A DNA stretch of 64,000 nucleotides from Tricharina praecox. Lineage: Eukaryota. The translations under genes and the position numbers were made by a program. The DNA is taken from positions 558,001 through 622,000 of the forward strand of contig NW_026250409.1 in assembly GCF_024521635.1 (NCBI RefSeq). Direction: 5' to 3'. Under the pieces are notes generated by a model. That model made no database searches. It was not told where the DNA came from and was given only the letters and a program-made list of their open reading frames with translations. Shown here piece by piece: positions 24,557-37,997 of this stretch (position 1 is the stretch's first letter; each line of letters starts with the position of its first letter).

Positions 24557-27500
24557 GACTCGGAGTTTCGATGGGTGTCGATTTTCTGCTTGACGTAGTT
24601 ATCCAAGTGCTAGTTATCTAACGCGTTCGGCTAGTGTGCCTTCCCAGGGTCAATGGTTACTCCAGAGCTGGTAGCTCCTCGGCTCATGGGAAAGCACTTG
24701 GTTCTCGGGTGATCACTCGGTGTGCCTATCTGTTGCTTCCATCCGGTATATTACGTACAGGTCGACAATTAAGGGCTGCCAATGCCATAGGTACCGCAGT
24801 CTAGTGATTCCCTCTCTTTCTCTTTCTCTCTCTCTCTCTCCGGTCCGCATCCGGAGCACCTGCGTGAGTGCGTCCAGCGCTCGATCACGCCGAGGGATCA
24901 CTGGATCACTGGACCAGTGGTGCATCTGCATAGTTGGATGGATGTCAATATCAGGGTGCACTATGCTTTCCGAACAGCTTACTGCGCGTCAATGCCCCGA
25001 AGTTACTCGCACTCCTTGGAGTGTATAATGTATTATAATGTATGTATGCACTTACATAGCAACGATACCGTAGGTAGCCTGTCGATCACTGCAATAGATA
25101 CTGCAATACTGCAATACTGCTATGACCTGAGCTGTCAATCGATGGCGTGCTAACCCACTCCCCCACTCTACCCGCTCCCAAGAGGCCGTGTCGTCGTCGT
25201 CGTTGACTCGATAACCCCTCCGTGCTGCTGCTGCGGTCAGGGCGCTTTCGCATTATGGTGTTGATGATCTTACTTCTTACTTGCCTCGCAGAGTACTCGT
25301 ACATACGGTAAATACCGTAGGTCCGTAGCAACCACGTGGAGTGCGTGGAGTACTTTAACGAGTGCGTTAATTACACCCGATGCTCCGCGTCCAGCGCTTA
25401 AATACTTGAATACGAGATGTTTCGAAACGCGCCCTGCCGAGATGGAGTACCGGTATGTAGAGTACGGTATATGTGGGACCCGGTAAGAGTTGACATTTTA
25501 TTCCATTTGGGCCGGCGCGGGGGTGCGCGTGCGAGTGCGAGTGCCGGATTATGAGCTGGTGCGCATATATCTCTGTAGTAGCAAGCGTGCATCACCGCCC
25601 ATCTTCGCGGCGCCGGTCCTTACTCGGCCCTCCCTGCCCGCCCGCCCACACGGCTGATGCCGAGCCGACCATTCGCCGAAGACCGCGTTCTTTCGTGGGT
25701 ACGGTACATAGGAGGTCGGAATCTTTCCACCCAGCCTTTTGTTTTTCTTCTTCGCTCGTGACGGTGAATCAACTCGCCGCCGCCGGCTTTTGGCGGCGAG
25801 CTGAGACATAAACTCTCCGGGCCGCCGGATGGTTTCACATTGTGTAGAGTAGGGAGAGGAGTTATTCCCTCGTATGTATCTGGGGGAGGGTGGTGTATGT
25901 GTGTGTATGTATAGGGGGGGTGTGTATGTGTGTGGTATGTGTGCTGATGTGCGGTTCAGTCCCTCGCCATGGTAGCACTGAGTACGGTATGCTCTGTATA
26001 TAGGCAGCACTGGCACTGGCAGGGCGGGCGGGCAATACCGCTGGTTGGCTAGATGGAAGGGCTCACCCACTCGCTCACAGGACCCGTCTCGAGTCTCGAC
26101 CTCCAGAAACCCGCACTTGACCAGCCATATTCCACATGGGCTGACATTGGCCAGCCCAATGCCCATCCATCCATCCTGCCCATCCTTTGCATCCACCCTG
26201 CCCATCTTGCCCCATCCTGCCCATCCTCTATCCTGGCTGGCGTCCCAGACTTTGGAATGTTCGGCCAGGATACGTATCCAGATTGCCATGGGTGGGGAGG
26301 TGGGTTTGGGAGGATTCTGGTCAGGTGACGGGGCGACGGGGCGACGGGGGGGGGCTTGTGCTTGCTAGGCTGGCTTGATGGGCTGGCTTGTGGGGCCAAG
26401 TACTTGTACATAAATAAGCACCGATGTACCGAAGTGCCTAGGGATGCGGTTGCCGGGACTTGCACATCTATATACTTACATATGTGGATCCGGAGACCAT
26501 CGGCATGGAAGGCAGGAAGGTTATGATGGATATCCCGCCAACGGCTAGTCAGCCACTAACTACCAGTCTACCAGTCTACCATCTACCGCAGTACCGTAGT
26601 ACCGTAGTAGGCAGTAGATGTGTACGTACGTACGTATCCATCCTTAGAGCAACGCTACAACCGTTGGATCCGCTGGATCGTCGTCGTCGTGGTGGTGGTC
26701 GCCGGGGGAACAAAAGACAGCGCTTGCTCGGGAGTCGGGAAGGGAGGGGAGGGGAGTCGGGCCAGGCCGCCAGGGAAGCAAGAAAAAACAACTGCCGTCC
26801 TCGTAGTGTACCACTTCGCAGCTGGTGGGGAGGACAGCCCGGGCGCCTACGACGGGGATTTTTTTTGCGGTAAGCATGCAGCCCATGCATGAGCGCTTAC
26901 CTCGCATGCTCTAGTTAGTAGTAGCAGTACATAGTAAGTATGGATGGATGGATGCGCCATGGATGGGAGTTATGTGGGTGAGAAGTAGGTTTGCACTTTA
27001 CTAGTACTCTACCTCTGTTGAGGAGAAAGGGAAGTTTTTAGTTGAGTGTATGTAGGATCATTTTTCCTATGAGGGAAGTATTGTCTCGTTGCGCAAACTT
27101 CCAGTGGTGGTGGCGGGAGAGTCCGGATTCAAACAATTGATGGTGGAGGCGGCGGGACAGTCCGAGTTCAAATCATTGGTGGTGGCGGCAGCGGCGGCGG
27201 CGGCGGCAGATGTTCGATGGGATAGGCAGGACCGGCAGTGTCCAGTGTCCAGTGTCCTCGATGTTCACTGAAAATGATGTCTCGTCCGGAAGTCCTGTCT
27301 AGGAGTCCTGTCTGGGATCGGACAGGATCGGTGCAAACGCGATAGGCGCGAAGGCCCATTGGCTCAGTCAAGACTCGAGGGTGGTTCCATTTACACTGTA
27401 TATATAGATATATGTTTTTGATCGGTTGACTCGGATTCTGTTTGGAAGTACCAAGAAGTATGTAACAGGAAGACTGTTTTTTTGTTTTTTCTTTTCTTTC

Positions 27501-28629
27501 TTTCTGGAGGCTGGAAAATGCATATCTACGGTACCCAAGCACCTACATGGTACCCAACATACCATGTCGGGGCTCCAGTTCCGCTGGATCATGTCTTCGA
27601 AGGCCATGAGCGAAGAGGAGTACGGTAGGTAGTAAGAAGCATGTGTATAATTACTTGGGTATGTATCAATTGGCGGGAACCACTCTATCGAGGACGCGTC
27701 CCATCCCCTCAGTTCTCCCGGATAGGCCTGGGAAGATAGGTGGGGTGCATGTGGAAGCATCTAGAGTGGGCAAGTACTTGGCCAGATACCTAGAAAGGAT
27801 GTATTTATGTAGAGCACTCTATATAGGTCCTCCATGCATTCGATTTCATCCGACTTATGCACCGTGGGTATTGTGGGCCAGTGCTGCCATGCTGGGTCCG
27901 TATGCACGCTGCGGGCTGAAGCGCCGGGCCGGCCAGTGAAGCGGGTTAGCGGTGGCTGACAGCACTAGCTAGCAACCATTGCCACGGAGGCCATGAGCTA
28001 GGTGGAGGTGATGTGTGTGTTGGGTTGTGTGATACTGGTCACTGGTCAGTATCATAGTTACAGTATCTCCATATCGTCGGTGGTGGTGGTGTGGACGGGT
28101 CATCGTCTTGTTAGCTGATTCGTTCGACTTTTCTGTTTCCACATGGTTATGGGACTCGGATCCAATCGCCGAAGACCGGACTGGGGGGTGGTTACCAGTA
28201 TCTTCTACTGGAAGCGCCGCATGCGGGGACATCAATATCATCATTACTTGGCCGCATTCCCCATCATCCACCGCCGGCACCGAGCCCATACATACGGTAT
28301 CTATCTTAGCTCGGCGGAGAAGGAGAAAGAGGGGAATATGTAGCCACATACCGGTAGATGTGTACATGGCCGAGTAGATCCATCCAGAGTACACATCATA
28401 CTCTACATACACCCCCTGAAAGACACGGCATTGCTGGTGCTAACTGAGTGTGAAAGTGAGTATGTGTATGTGTATGTAAGCCCTTGGTATCTTTGTATGC
28501 TATGTAGGTGCTGAGACCGACTTGGTCGTGCTGGCTATGGCAGAATCTCGATATATCATACTAGCAGTACACAAGTAGATGGTGGTTAGTACAATCAGGC
28601 TGAACTGCGCACGGTCTCGAATATGGTTG

Positions 28630-29686
28630 GGGACGTCTAGATCCGGAGTGTTTTCACCCCCACTTTTGACGTTCGGTTAGTTGACAACAACAACCTAATT
28701 TTAAAAAAGAGCTCTGTACAGCGATAGAGAAGAGGCAGGAGATAATTTACACAGCGCTCTTTTTTTTTAAAGGGTGTGGTTGGGTGGCAACCAAAATGCA
28801 AAATAAATAGACGAAAAATGATTTAGTATGGGGAGGCCCCGGGAATGTCCAGGGGCAAGGCTGCCACAGCCCAGTTTTGGCACGGCTGAGTTCTCGATTA
28901 GGAAGTCTTGGCAACAAACATGGTGGCTAATTGCCCTGATGAAGAATATTATGCATATAATAAATGGGAATAATCACCAACAAATTTACTACAATTTTGG
29001 CTTATCACTAACCTGTCGATGAGCTTTGTATATCTGCGCCTTGGAAAACAGGCAAGAACTGGCCGAGAGATTGTGATTTTCGGTCCCTGTGGGGCTGTGG
29101 AGTGCTGGAGCTCTGGAGTGGGAGCCCGGTCAACGGCGTTGGGCCAGTGGAACGATGGGACTCATGGAATGAGTGCGCTCGTGCGATCCAGATGAGTGAT
29201 TAATAGCAGGAAACAGGCAGGAACTGGCCGAGAAATCGTAATTTTCGGTCCCGGCGGGGCTATGGAGCTCTGGAGCAGGCTATGGACGCCCCGTCAATGG
29301 CGACAGACCGGTGGAACACTGATGGAATCAGCGCACCCGTGCGGTCCAGAGGTGTGTTTTATTGAAGAAAACTGGCAAGAACCGGCTGCGATATTGTAAT
29401 TTTCGTTCCCGCCGGGGCCAGTTGGCTGCGGACGCCCGGTCAACGGCGACAGACCGGTGGAACTATCGAACTGATAGAACGAGCGCAACAGTGCAGTCCA
29501 GAGGAGTGTTTTATTGAAGAAAACGGGCAAGAACTGGCCGCGATATTGTGATTTTCGTTCCCGGCGGGGCCATTTGCCTGCGGACACCTGTAATTTTTTT
29601 AATTTTAATAAATGCTAATGTATTACCGCATTTAGATTTTAATTCCCCCGATCTAAATATCTACTTACTCCGGCACTAGATGTCCC
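28630..29686. mobile_element. Putative non-autonomous DNA transposon with 20-bp TIRs and an internal tandem array
   Basis: GGGACGTCTAGATCCGGAGT (28630-28649) matches the reverse complement of 29667-29686 (GGGACATCTAGTGCCGGAGT) at 17/20. AT-rich interior; no TSD found. Confidence 0.55.
29044..29590. repeat. Diverged ~152-166-bp tandem repeat, ~3.5 units
   Basis: Unit heads GAAAAC.GGCAAGAACTGGCCG.GA.ATTGT.ATTTTCG.TCCC at 29044, 29210, 29367 and 29519. Confidence 0.85.
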
Positions 29687-30324
29687 TGATCCCCCCCTCC
29701 CGGCCGGCCCACCACCACCACCACCACCACCAATATTAAATCTACCTGGCTGCGGGCTTAGCTTTCACGGCCTCCACATCGAGCATGGCGAGATTTATGC
29801 GCCCCCCATATCCTTGCAATGCGGGCGCTAGTACGCATTCACTGGTGTGGCTTGTCTCGCAGAGTGGCTCTCCCGCCCGGTTGACTCTCGCTACCGTGGA
29901 AATCGAGGTGGCCGGAGGGTCACGTCAGGTCAGAATAACAAGATGGACGGAGCAGGAGTAGCAGGCAGGAGGCAGGAAGAGGTGGAGGAAGTGGACGTGA
30001 AGGTGGAGGTGGACGGGGAGGCGGGGGGAGGGAGGGCGGTTGCGGATACATATATCCAAGCGCATTGCCAGAAGTACAAGAAAGAGACTGGGTGCTCGAT
30101 TCCCTGGCTTCTCCCGTCCGCTTTCTTTTTCCACTTCGCATTGATCGCCAGGCAGATATCTAGGACCGGACGATCGCCCGCTCGCTCGCACGCACGCGTT
30201 AACTACATACATAGCTGGACGTCTTCCGTCGAAAACCGCCGGATCCATATCGCTACACAGGGCCTCTATACACAAACCATACTCACACAACTCGAAAGAA
30301 AAGAAAATAAGACTCCCAGTCGTG

Positions 30325-33300
30325 ATGCCGGGCGTCCGGAATCATCCTTACGAGACCCATTTCTACTGTGCTCTCTGCGGGGGCCCGTTTGCCCAGGTCT
30401 TTCGTACTGCCGTCCACCCGGCGCACTCGAGCAATGCCAATCCTGACGGCGGCGGCGGCAGCAGCAGCATCTGCACGGCAACGCCCCCTCAAGGGCTCTC
30501 GAAGCAGGCTCCCGATCCAGAAGATCTTGACAGCAGCAACGAGTTCAACTTCGTCGGGAAGAATGCTGTGATACCGGAAGACGTGATTGTCGAGAAGGGT
30601 ATGGGATATGCAGCACGGCGGAGGCGGCAGCTACGGCTTCGAGCCCAGCCCCGGCACGTCGCGGGTGAAGGCAAGGCTGCCGTGCGACAGGCGTACGATG
30701 GCGACCTGATATCCGTCAGACAGATGAAATGGACCAAGAATCTGCGAGCCCTGATCCACAACGAGGCGGCCAACACCCCTGCCAACTGGCAGCGATACAC
30801 CGAGGTCGGCGAGCAGGTTTTCCTGACCGGCCGAGGTCTGATACGCCAGAGCGACAACTGGGCGGACGCATACGCCTCCGTCGACGATGAGGACGGTGGA
30901 AACCCCGAATACCCCATCTTCTCGGAATCCGACCTCTTGCGGAACACGTACGGATTCCACGTCTACCAGGAACTCGGCGGCACCCACGTCCAGAGCTCCA
31001 TCTCGTCGATTCCCTTCCACGACGAATGCTGGTCGCTGCTGGACTGGGCGATCGAGGTGACCGGCGACGAGAAGGGCATCGACGGCATGAACGAAGACAT
31101 CGACTACGATCACATGTGGGGCTACCTCCGCAGCCTGGTCGCCATCAGCGGACGCAGGCAGCAGGCCGATCAGACCAATGCTGTGCTCCGCGAAGGCACG
31201 ACCAGGAAGGAGATCGTCACGCGATTGGGCGAAGTGAATTACCGAGAAGCACAGGGGAGTGGCGAGGGATGGAAGTGGAGACACGAGGACGGATGTCATG
31301 TAAGCTCCCATCAGCGTTTTTACACTCTTCGGTTCGATACCGGGTGAATCCCCCAGCTTATTCGATCCTTGTCCAGTGGCTGGCTGCAGATCCTTCGATG
31401 ATTTCCGTGCGTGATCACCCGCTGAAGCTTCTCCCGAACCATGATCCGCTACCGATGGCACCGCGCGCAGCCCTCGTGGATCCGTTCTCGAGCCTACCGC
31501 CGGAGGTGATCCTGGAGATATGGAGTTACCTCTCTTCTTCGGACATATTCAGTCTCAAGATTGCCAGTCCCGACGCTCTCAACGTTGAGCTCAGGCCGAG
31601 TTACTACCGCCGTTTCCTGAAGCAAGAATTCAAATACCTACCGACGCTCGCCCCGGAAATCGGAAGGCACGAGGAATACATCAAACGTGGCATACCGAGT
31701 TCGATCGATTGGCGAGGGAGCTTCGAAAGGCTACGACGCCTCATCCGTACCCCCAGGCTTCCGGAGAATGCCAGTGACGAAGATTACAGGAGAGAATGGG
31801 ACAGGATCGATATCGGGCTGAAGAATCGGAATCGCATTTGGAAGATCGTCAAGCCGATCGCGGAAACCCTGGTCGAGACGTCGACCTATGCCATGCGTAC
31901 CCTCCTCGGAGCACCCGGTGATGCGGCCAAGCAGACGAGCGTCGTGAGGGGGTACGTCGGCGCCAGATCCGGTAGGGAAGGTACGGTCAACACGGCGTAC
32001 ATTGGGAATCGGGGCCGTCTGCCCGAGTGGATGGAACCCGAAGACGAGGATGAGAAGGAGGAAACGGTCAACATCAAAGCCGAGAAGGTCCGCTTCTGGT
32101 GCGATGGGCCGACGGGCGTGTTCTGCGGCCTGGAATTCTCTGTCCACGACGAGGAACTGGGATCCGACACACGGCGGTTCGGCCGTGAAGGGAGCAAGCA
32201 CTTCGACCTGTCACTGCGAGGGAGGGTCATCGTCGGGTTCGCCTTCTGCTACGACGCTACCGACGGCGTCATCTGCGGCGCCCAGGCGATCTGGTTGTAC
32301 GAGAGCGACTCGAAATCATGCGTGGATTTCCAGTTCGCCAAGAAGATCGGGCAGTGGGATAAGTTGATGCGGCAGATCATCGTGCCGACAAGATATCGGA
32401 AATTCGTTGGCCTCACGGGATTCCTGAGCTCGGCCGGTTTCATCGAGACTGTGGGAATATTGGAGGAGACGTTCGTCGAAGAGGACGACCACTTTGGCGC
32501 TCGAAGCGCTCGAAGCGCTCCTCCCCGCACGCTGCCCTTGACCCACGAAGAGGCATCGCTATGGAAAGACCGCATTCCACCGAGAAGCGTCTATATGCAC
32601 GAGAGGGAGGGCGCGGCTATCCCGGACTGGAGACTGCGTGGAGCGGAATGGGAGGTGTGGGAACGCAGTTCTTCCGAAAACGAATTGGGTCTTCGGTCCA
32701 AGTTTCCGTCTTCCAGCAGACTGGAAAGCATCGTCGGCTACTATGACCAGCACTTCCTGCGAGGATTGGAGTTCATGTATGTCGACCGCAATCGCAGGCG
32801 GACGTCATGTCTGCTGGGCGTTCGCGAGGGAGGGAAGGAAGGTGTCTTCGCCGTGGACGAGAAGGAGCCCATCATCGCGTCGGTCATCTCGTTCGGCGAT
32901 GAAGGGGTATATGGAATTCTGGTGGGTGCCTCAGTGGCTGTCGTTCATCCCGTCCATCGTCCCCCTTACTGACCGTGTATGTGGATAGTTCCTTACCAAG
33001 ACTGGCCGGAAGAGCCAGGTGTTCGGCCCAAGATTCCGCGGGACCCATAAGGTTTTCGCTCCGCAACCCGACTTGAGCAATCCAGCTGGTCAGTGCGGAA
33101 ACGAGCACCGCGAGAATATCCATACGAATATAGTTGGAGTCCATGGAATCTACGATTATGAGGTGCGGAAAAAAAAAACCCCCCAACCCCGAACGTTCAT
33201 GGATAGCATAGACTGACACGCCGGAGGATATAGGATAAGAGGTTTCTTCAGCTGGGGCTCGCATTTCTCGAACCAGCAGAGGGGGGTAGCTGCGTTGGCT

Positions 33301-35459
33301 CGATCTTCACACAACCCCTGCCGTGTTCGATTCCTTTCGACGCTAAGGACGAGTCATTCGAGTCACTCGGTGTGTGGGAAGATACACCCCCCAACAAGCA
33401 TTGGGTTATCGGTTCCAGCCCGAGTGATATCGCTATCGATTCTTCGTGCAGGGTTCGCCGACGAAAGCCGTTCAACGACTTTAGCGGTTGGGCGAGTCTG
33501 AAATCGGTATCTAGGATTATCATCTATGGAGAGATGAAGGGAATCAGGTTCAGCTATGCGGGAGACGAACCAGATATCTTCTTCGGAGACGTGGACGATG
33601 AATCGGATACGGTGGTCCAGGAAATTAATCAAAGATCTGGTGAGGAGATTGTTGGTGTCGCCGTACTTGAAAATCGGTCCTCATCATACGACGACGACGA
33701 TGAAGGGGAAGACTCCACCATCAACTTTCCTGTACCGATGGAACGGATATTTGTAAGTCGGGCAGTTCTTCCGCATGGGTACCTCAGGGGCTAACAGGCT
33801 TAGTTTATTACGAATTTCGGTGAAGCGGAAATTTCCTCACCGGTCAAGTGCCGTACCCAGTTCTCGGAGTATATTGTCGCCGTTAAATTCGACTTCAATC
33901 ACGATCAGCTGATCTCGTGGGCACCGATCTTCACCACAACTCCCAAAAGATCTCTTGAGCGGAAGGAGCAAAGATCTCGTGAGCAAAGGATGCAGATATC
34001 TTGTGAGCAAAGGGAGCTCATCAGGCTTATCCGGTTCCCTTGGAGGGCTTCTGACCGGAATATCATCGAAGACTTTTACATCTCAGAAACCGCCTATGTC
34101 GTCTCGACGGTCTTTGACGAGAGTAGTGAGACCGGTCACGTAGATGCCGTAAAAGCCTATGTGACGCGGGAAGGACGGTTCTGCGGATTCATCTTCCGGC
34201 GCAGAGGGAAATGGCCAAAGGGAGTCTTTGGAGAACGGTCGGCGTTCGAGACAACGTTTGAGCTTTGGGAAGGGGAGCGTTTTGACTCGATCTTCGTTCC
34301 TGAAGTTGATGGATGCCGCAGCTCTAGTGCTCTAGCGGTATGTCTCCCGTCTGCTCGCTGTGATCTTGGACTGACCATGAATCGATTAGCTTTCGACGAA
34401 TCGTGGCCGAACAACACCATGGTTTGGAATTATTCAGAGTGGTGCTACAGCACTTCACTTGACGCCACCACCAGGGCATATCAGTGTGGGACTCTACGGC
34501 GCTCAGTTCAAGGTATGTAGTTCACAGGAATCCTTTGCGTCCAGAAATCCGACACTAATGCTTCGCAGAAACCCAGCCTCTACGAGCGTATCCAGTGGAA
34601 CTTGCTCGGACTTTTATATCGCCCCCGGGAGTCTACCTCCGTGTGCGTTGCATATTCGGGGACCAGACAAAATCCCAGCGAGCCAGAATATCACACTGAA
34701 GATCCAGCAACCCATCTGCGCTGGCTCAACGGCTCTCCTTTCCAGACACGGGGCCTAGTCTTCACTCCGTTGCTACAAGGACATCGGAACCAGCCATCTC
34801 GGGAAAGATACAGAGGCCAGGCACCCGAATCGGTCGGGAGAGCGTTTTCGGTATTCCAGCCCGAAAACTTGCTCCAGATCCGCGTCTGGTGCTCCCAAGG
34901 GATCTGCAGTATCCGGCTGCACGGAACGGACGCCATGGGAGTCATCACGGTGGGCGACTGGCCCGCGGACGCGGAAGGAGTCAACTTGAGCAGCGAGCGG
35001 AAAATGCTCATCAACGGTAAGCCTCCACCCGGTGCATTAACTGCCGCATCACTGCTGACCCCGTCTGCTTCAGGCCCCGACGGCGAGCGCATCTCGCGCA
35101 TCAAGGTCGCATTCCGCAAGCTCGGCTCAGACGAGGAGCGAATCGTCGGCCTGTCGTTCCACACGACCTTCGGCCGCGAGAAAACCATCATCGGCTCGAT
35201 GGGCACGGTGCCGTTTGACTGCTTCAATAAGAGCGTCGCCGCACTGCTGTGTCCTGACGACCATGAGATCGTCGGCTTGCACGGCATCTTTGGCGTCTTT
35301 GATATTCATGACCTCGGCTTGGTCGTTAGGAAGGCCACCCCCCCGCTGTGTTCGCCTTGTACCGCACAGACGGCGTTGCAGATGCAGATGCAGATGCAGA
35401 TGCAGATGCAGAAGCAGAAGGGGTGGTGCTGCCAGATGGCGGCGGCGGTTGCGAGGTAG
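30325..35459 (+). CDS. Very large F-box protein with N-terminal CxxC motif and repeated beta-rich (jacalin-like?) C-terminal modules, multi-exon
   Basis: HFYCALCGGPF; PFHDECW; F-box DPFSSLPPEVILEIWSYLSSSDIFSLKIAS; GLKNRNRIWK; repeated GLEF/GIRF/GFIF/GLSF...IVG(L/V)HG segments. Exons are joined by ~50-75-nt GT-AG introns (e.g. 31300-31376, 32922-32988). Confidence 0.8.
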
Positions 35460-36044
35460 TTGGTGCTGTGAAGGATTATCATTTAATTTCGGGGAATCAT
35501 TTTCGGTTGGTTTCCTTGTGTAGGCGGTGGCATATTCTGTTTGTTTTGAACTCCCTTGGTTTCTTTCCCACCTTTCTAGTATTTAGTCGCAGGATACGGT
35601 AGATTCTTTTTAGATATTCCCTTGTTCTTTGGTTGGTTTTTTGCATGGCATTATGGGGGGATATATACTTCGATTTTAGTTATCAGGTACTTAAGGGGTA
35701 TGTCTAAGTATGTACTTGCTCATATAGAAAGGATTGGGAATTCGGGAATGCATTGGGTTATTGGATAATGGATGTTGGTGATTACTGGAAGTGAAGAGAA
35801 AGTGAAGAAAATGAAAACAATCTGGCGGCATCGCATATCACTCTTGCCTGATGAGCAGTGAGCACCTTGCTCCTGTGATTAAGTCCGTAGATTTAACAGA
35901 ATTTGAGCATGTGGACTCGTAACCATCTGGATCATACATAGTAGTGTAAGTACGCACAAGGTCCCGGTTCTCCCGTCTGCCCCCCCGTCTGCCCCTCCCC
36001 CCCGGGTTGAGCCGGCTCGTTGCAGCCCATCTCGTCTCTCGGAC

Positions 36045-36305
36045 CAGTGTTCGACATAGTCCAGTCCGTCCGTCCTGGGCCTCGGACCGGACTGGACTGT
36101 ATCTTGGCAGTCCGTCCGGGAGCGGTGTTTGGACGGACTAGTCCAAGAAAATCGAGGGCAGGACGACGGACTGCAGTCGACTGCAGTCCAGCCCCGTCCA
36201 CCAAGTTGGCGGACGAGACGGACTACCGGTACTTTTATCCCGTCTTCCAAAAGGTGCGGATGGGACTGGATCTTGACAGTCGGGACCGGACTATGTCGAA
36301 CACTG
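36045..36305. mobile_element. 261-bp MITE with 23-bp TIRs (hAT-like CAGTG ends)
   Basis: CAGTGTTCGACATAGTCCAGTCC (36045-36067) vs reverse complement of 36283-36305, 22/23 match. Many internal GGAC/GTCC motifs and a central perfect palindrome at 36168-36189. Confidence 0.8.
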
Positions 36306-37434
36306 ATTTCTTCCGTAGGACTCTTGTCGTCATCGTTTTACTACAGTCTACCAGGAACTACTTGATTAGCATGACCCCGTTCAGTCCGCACTACATTGTT
36401 GTGCGAATACTTTAGTTCTCTAGTGGTTCTCTAGTATTCCGAATAGTGCGTAATATGTTGCATTCGGAAGAACTGCAGTAGTCCTTCCGGCGTTTTAAAA
36501 AGCGTATCTTTACAACACTTCGTATAGGTTTTCGATACTGTAGAATTGAGAATATAGGAAAACCCAAATACGAAATTAAATCGGTATTCTTTGAGAATTC
36601 TGGATTTATATCCGAGCGGTAGTACTACGCATACTTGAGAGCTTCGGCATCAATCGCACCCCACTTTTTGCTACTGCACCTATGCATAACTACCGGTATC
36701 GGAGTGAGCGGTTGTGAAGCACCGGTACTACTACTCTATACACACCCAGCCACGCACGTGGAGCCAGCCAGTCATCCAGCTGGTTTATTTGCTTTTAGGG
36801 AGGAGGAGTCCCGGTCCTCGAAACCGCGGGGATGAAAAACATCATACGTTTATTTGAATTTTGGCTTGATTGCGGGGGAAAGGTGTGTGGGCTATGCCAC
36901 AGGCAAATCCATGCATAGCCATGCTTAGCCTCCTGATGATCTGATCCACGTAGAGTACCAGTACCGGTATCTTGATACGGCAGCCAGTTATGTACCGATA
37001 CCGGCTCCGGATCGGCGGCCTTCTTGAACCTTGGGGCGTGAACCCTGGGCTTGAACCTTGGGGTGGGAGGCACTGCTGCAAGTTGTATGTACATACTGGT
37101 GTTTGAAATTTGTTGATCAACTTGGATCAACAAGTACGCTACACAGCCCGTAAATCGAGACCGGGAAGGACCGAGTTCGCGAGTTCGCGAATGGGTCGGT
37201 CGGGTATAGTCACTGATGGGTACCGTAGTCCGTCGGGCTTTGGGCACAGCACAGTAGAGGACGGTTAGTGTGTTATGTAGTAGGGACTATTAATTATTTC
37301 GTACGAAAACCGATAATGATTTTTTTGTTGTACATAACAGAAAAGCAGAGAAGCAAATAACTTTTATAGCCATCCAGCCAGCCATCCATCCAGCCAGCAA
37401 GGCAAGGCGAGCAAACGTGCGCCACCAGCACCGT

Positions 37435-37997
37435 CTAGAACCTCAAGCTCTCCTCCCCACCAAGCGCAATATTTCCATTCCCCTCATACGCCGTCTTCCG
37501 TCCCTTCTTGAGTCCGCACATGAACACAGCGGCTAGCAGGGTGCTTAGGAACAGCAGCATCGACACGACAAACGCATAGATGCCAAGCGGATTCCCGCGC
37601 CAGCGGCGGTGGCCCTGCTGCACGCCGAACAGCACGATGGTGAGGAGCGTGTTGATGGCGATTGCGGTGATCATCAGGCAGGCGATGGTCCTGCGTTTCT
37701 GGTAGAACACAAGATCATGTCAGCGGGGGCGGGAGAGTGGTGGACGGAGGAAGAGCGGAGGGGTACCTTCGCGCAGTGCCCTTTGTCGGGGTCGTCGGAT
37801 GCTGGCCCGGCTGAGTGGATGGCCGAGCGCAGGACGCCGGTCGGGATAGTGTGCGTGTCGACGAGCCGGTTAACGCGCAGCCATTGCAGCAGGTCTCGGG
37901 CCGTCACGGGGTTCAGCGGGGTGAGGTTTGCGTGGTCGGAGGTGGTGGGGAGCAGTGGGCTCGAGGCACTGTCACCGCCTGTCATTGGTTGAGACAT
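37435..37997 (-). CDS. Small hypothetical membrane protein with two C-terminal TM helices, 2 exons
   Basis: MSQPMTGG...DKGHCAK|gtaccc...gctgac...ccag|KRRTIACLMITAIAINTLLTIVLFGV...LGIYAFVVSMLLFLSTLLAAVFMC...RF*; the intron joins the frames. Confidence 0.65.

Noticed and set aside
24700..28600. Long interval with short ORFs, including a candidate first exon MAFEDMIQRNWSPDM|gtatgt (~27607, minus strand) and a 42-bp duplication near 27105-27190
   Set aside because: No downstream exons could be joined; the region is dominated by microsatellites and low complexity.
29044..29590. CRISPR-like array
   Set aside because: Eukaryotic context, no cas genes, and the 'spacers' are homologous to each other.
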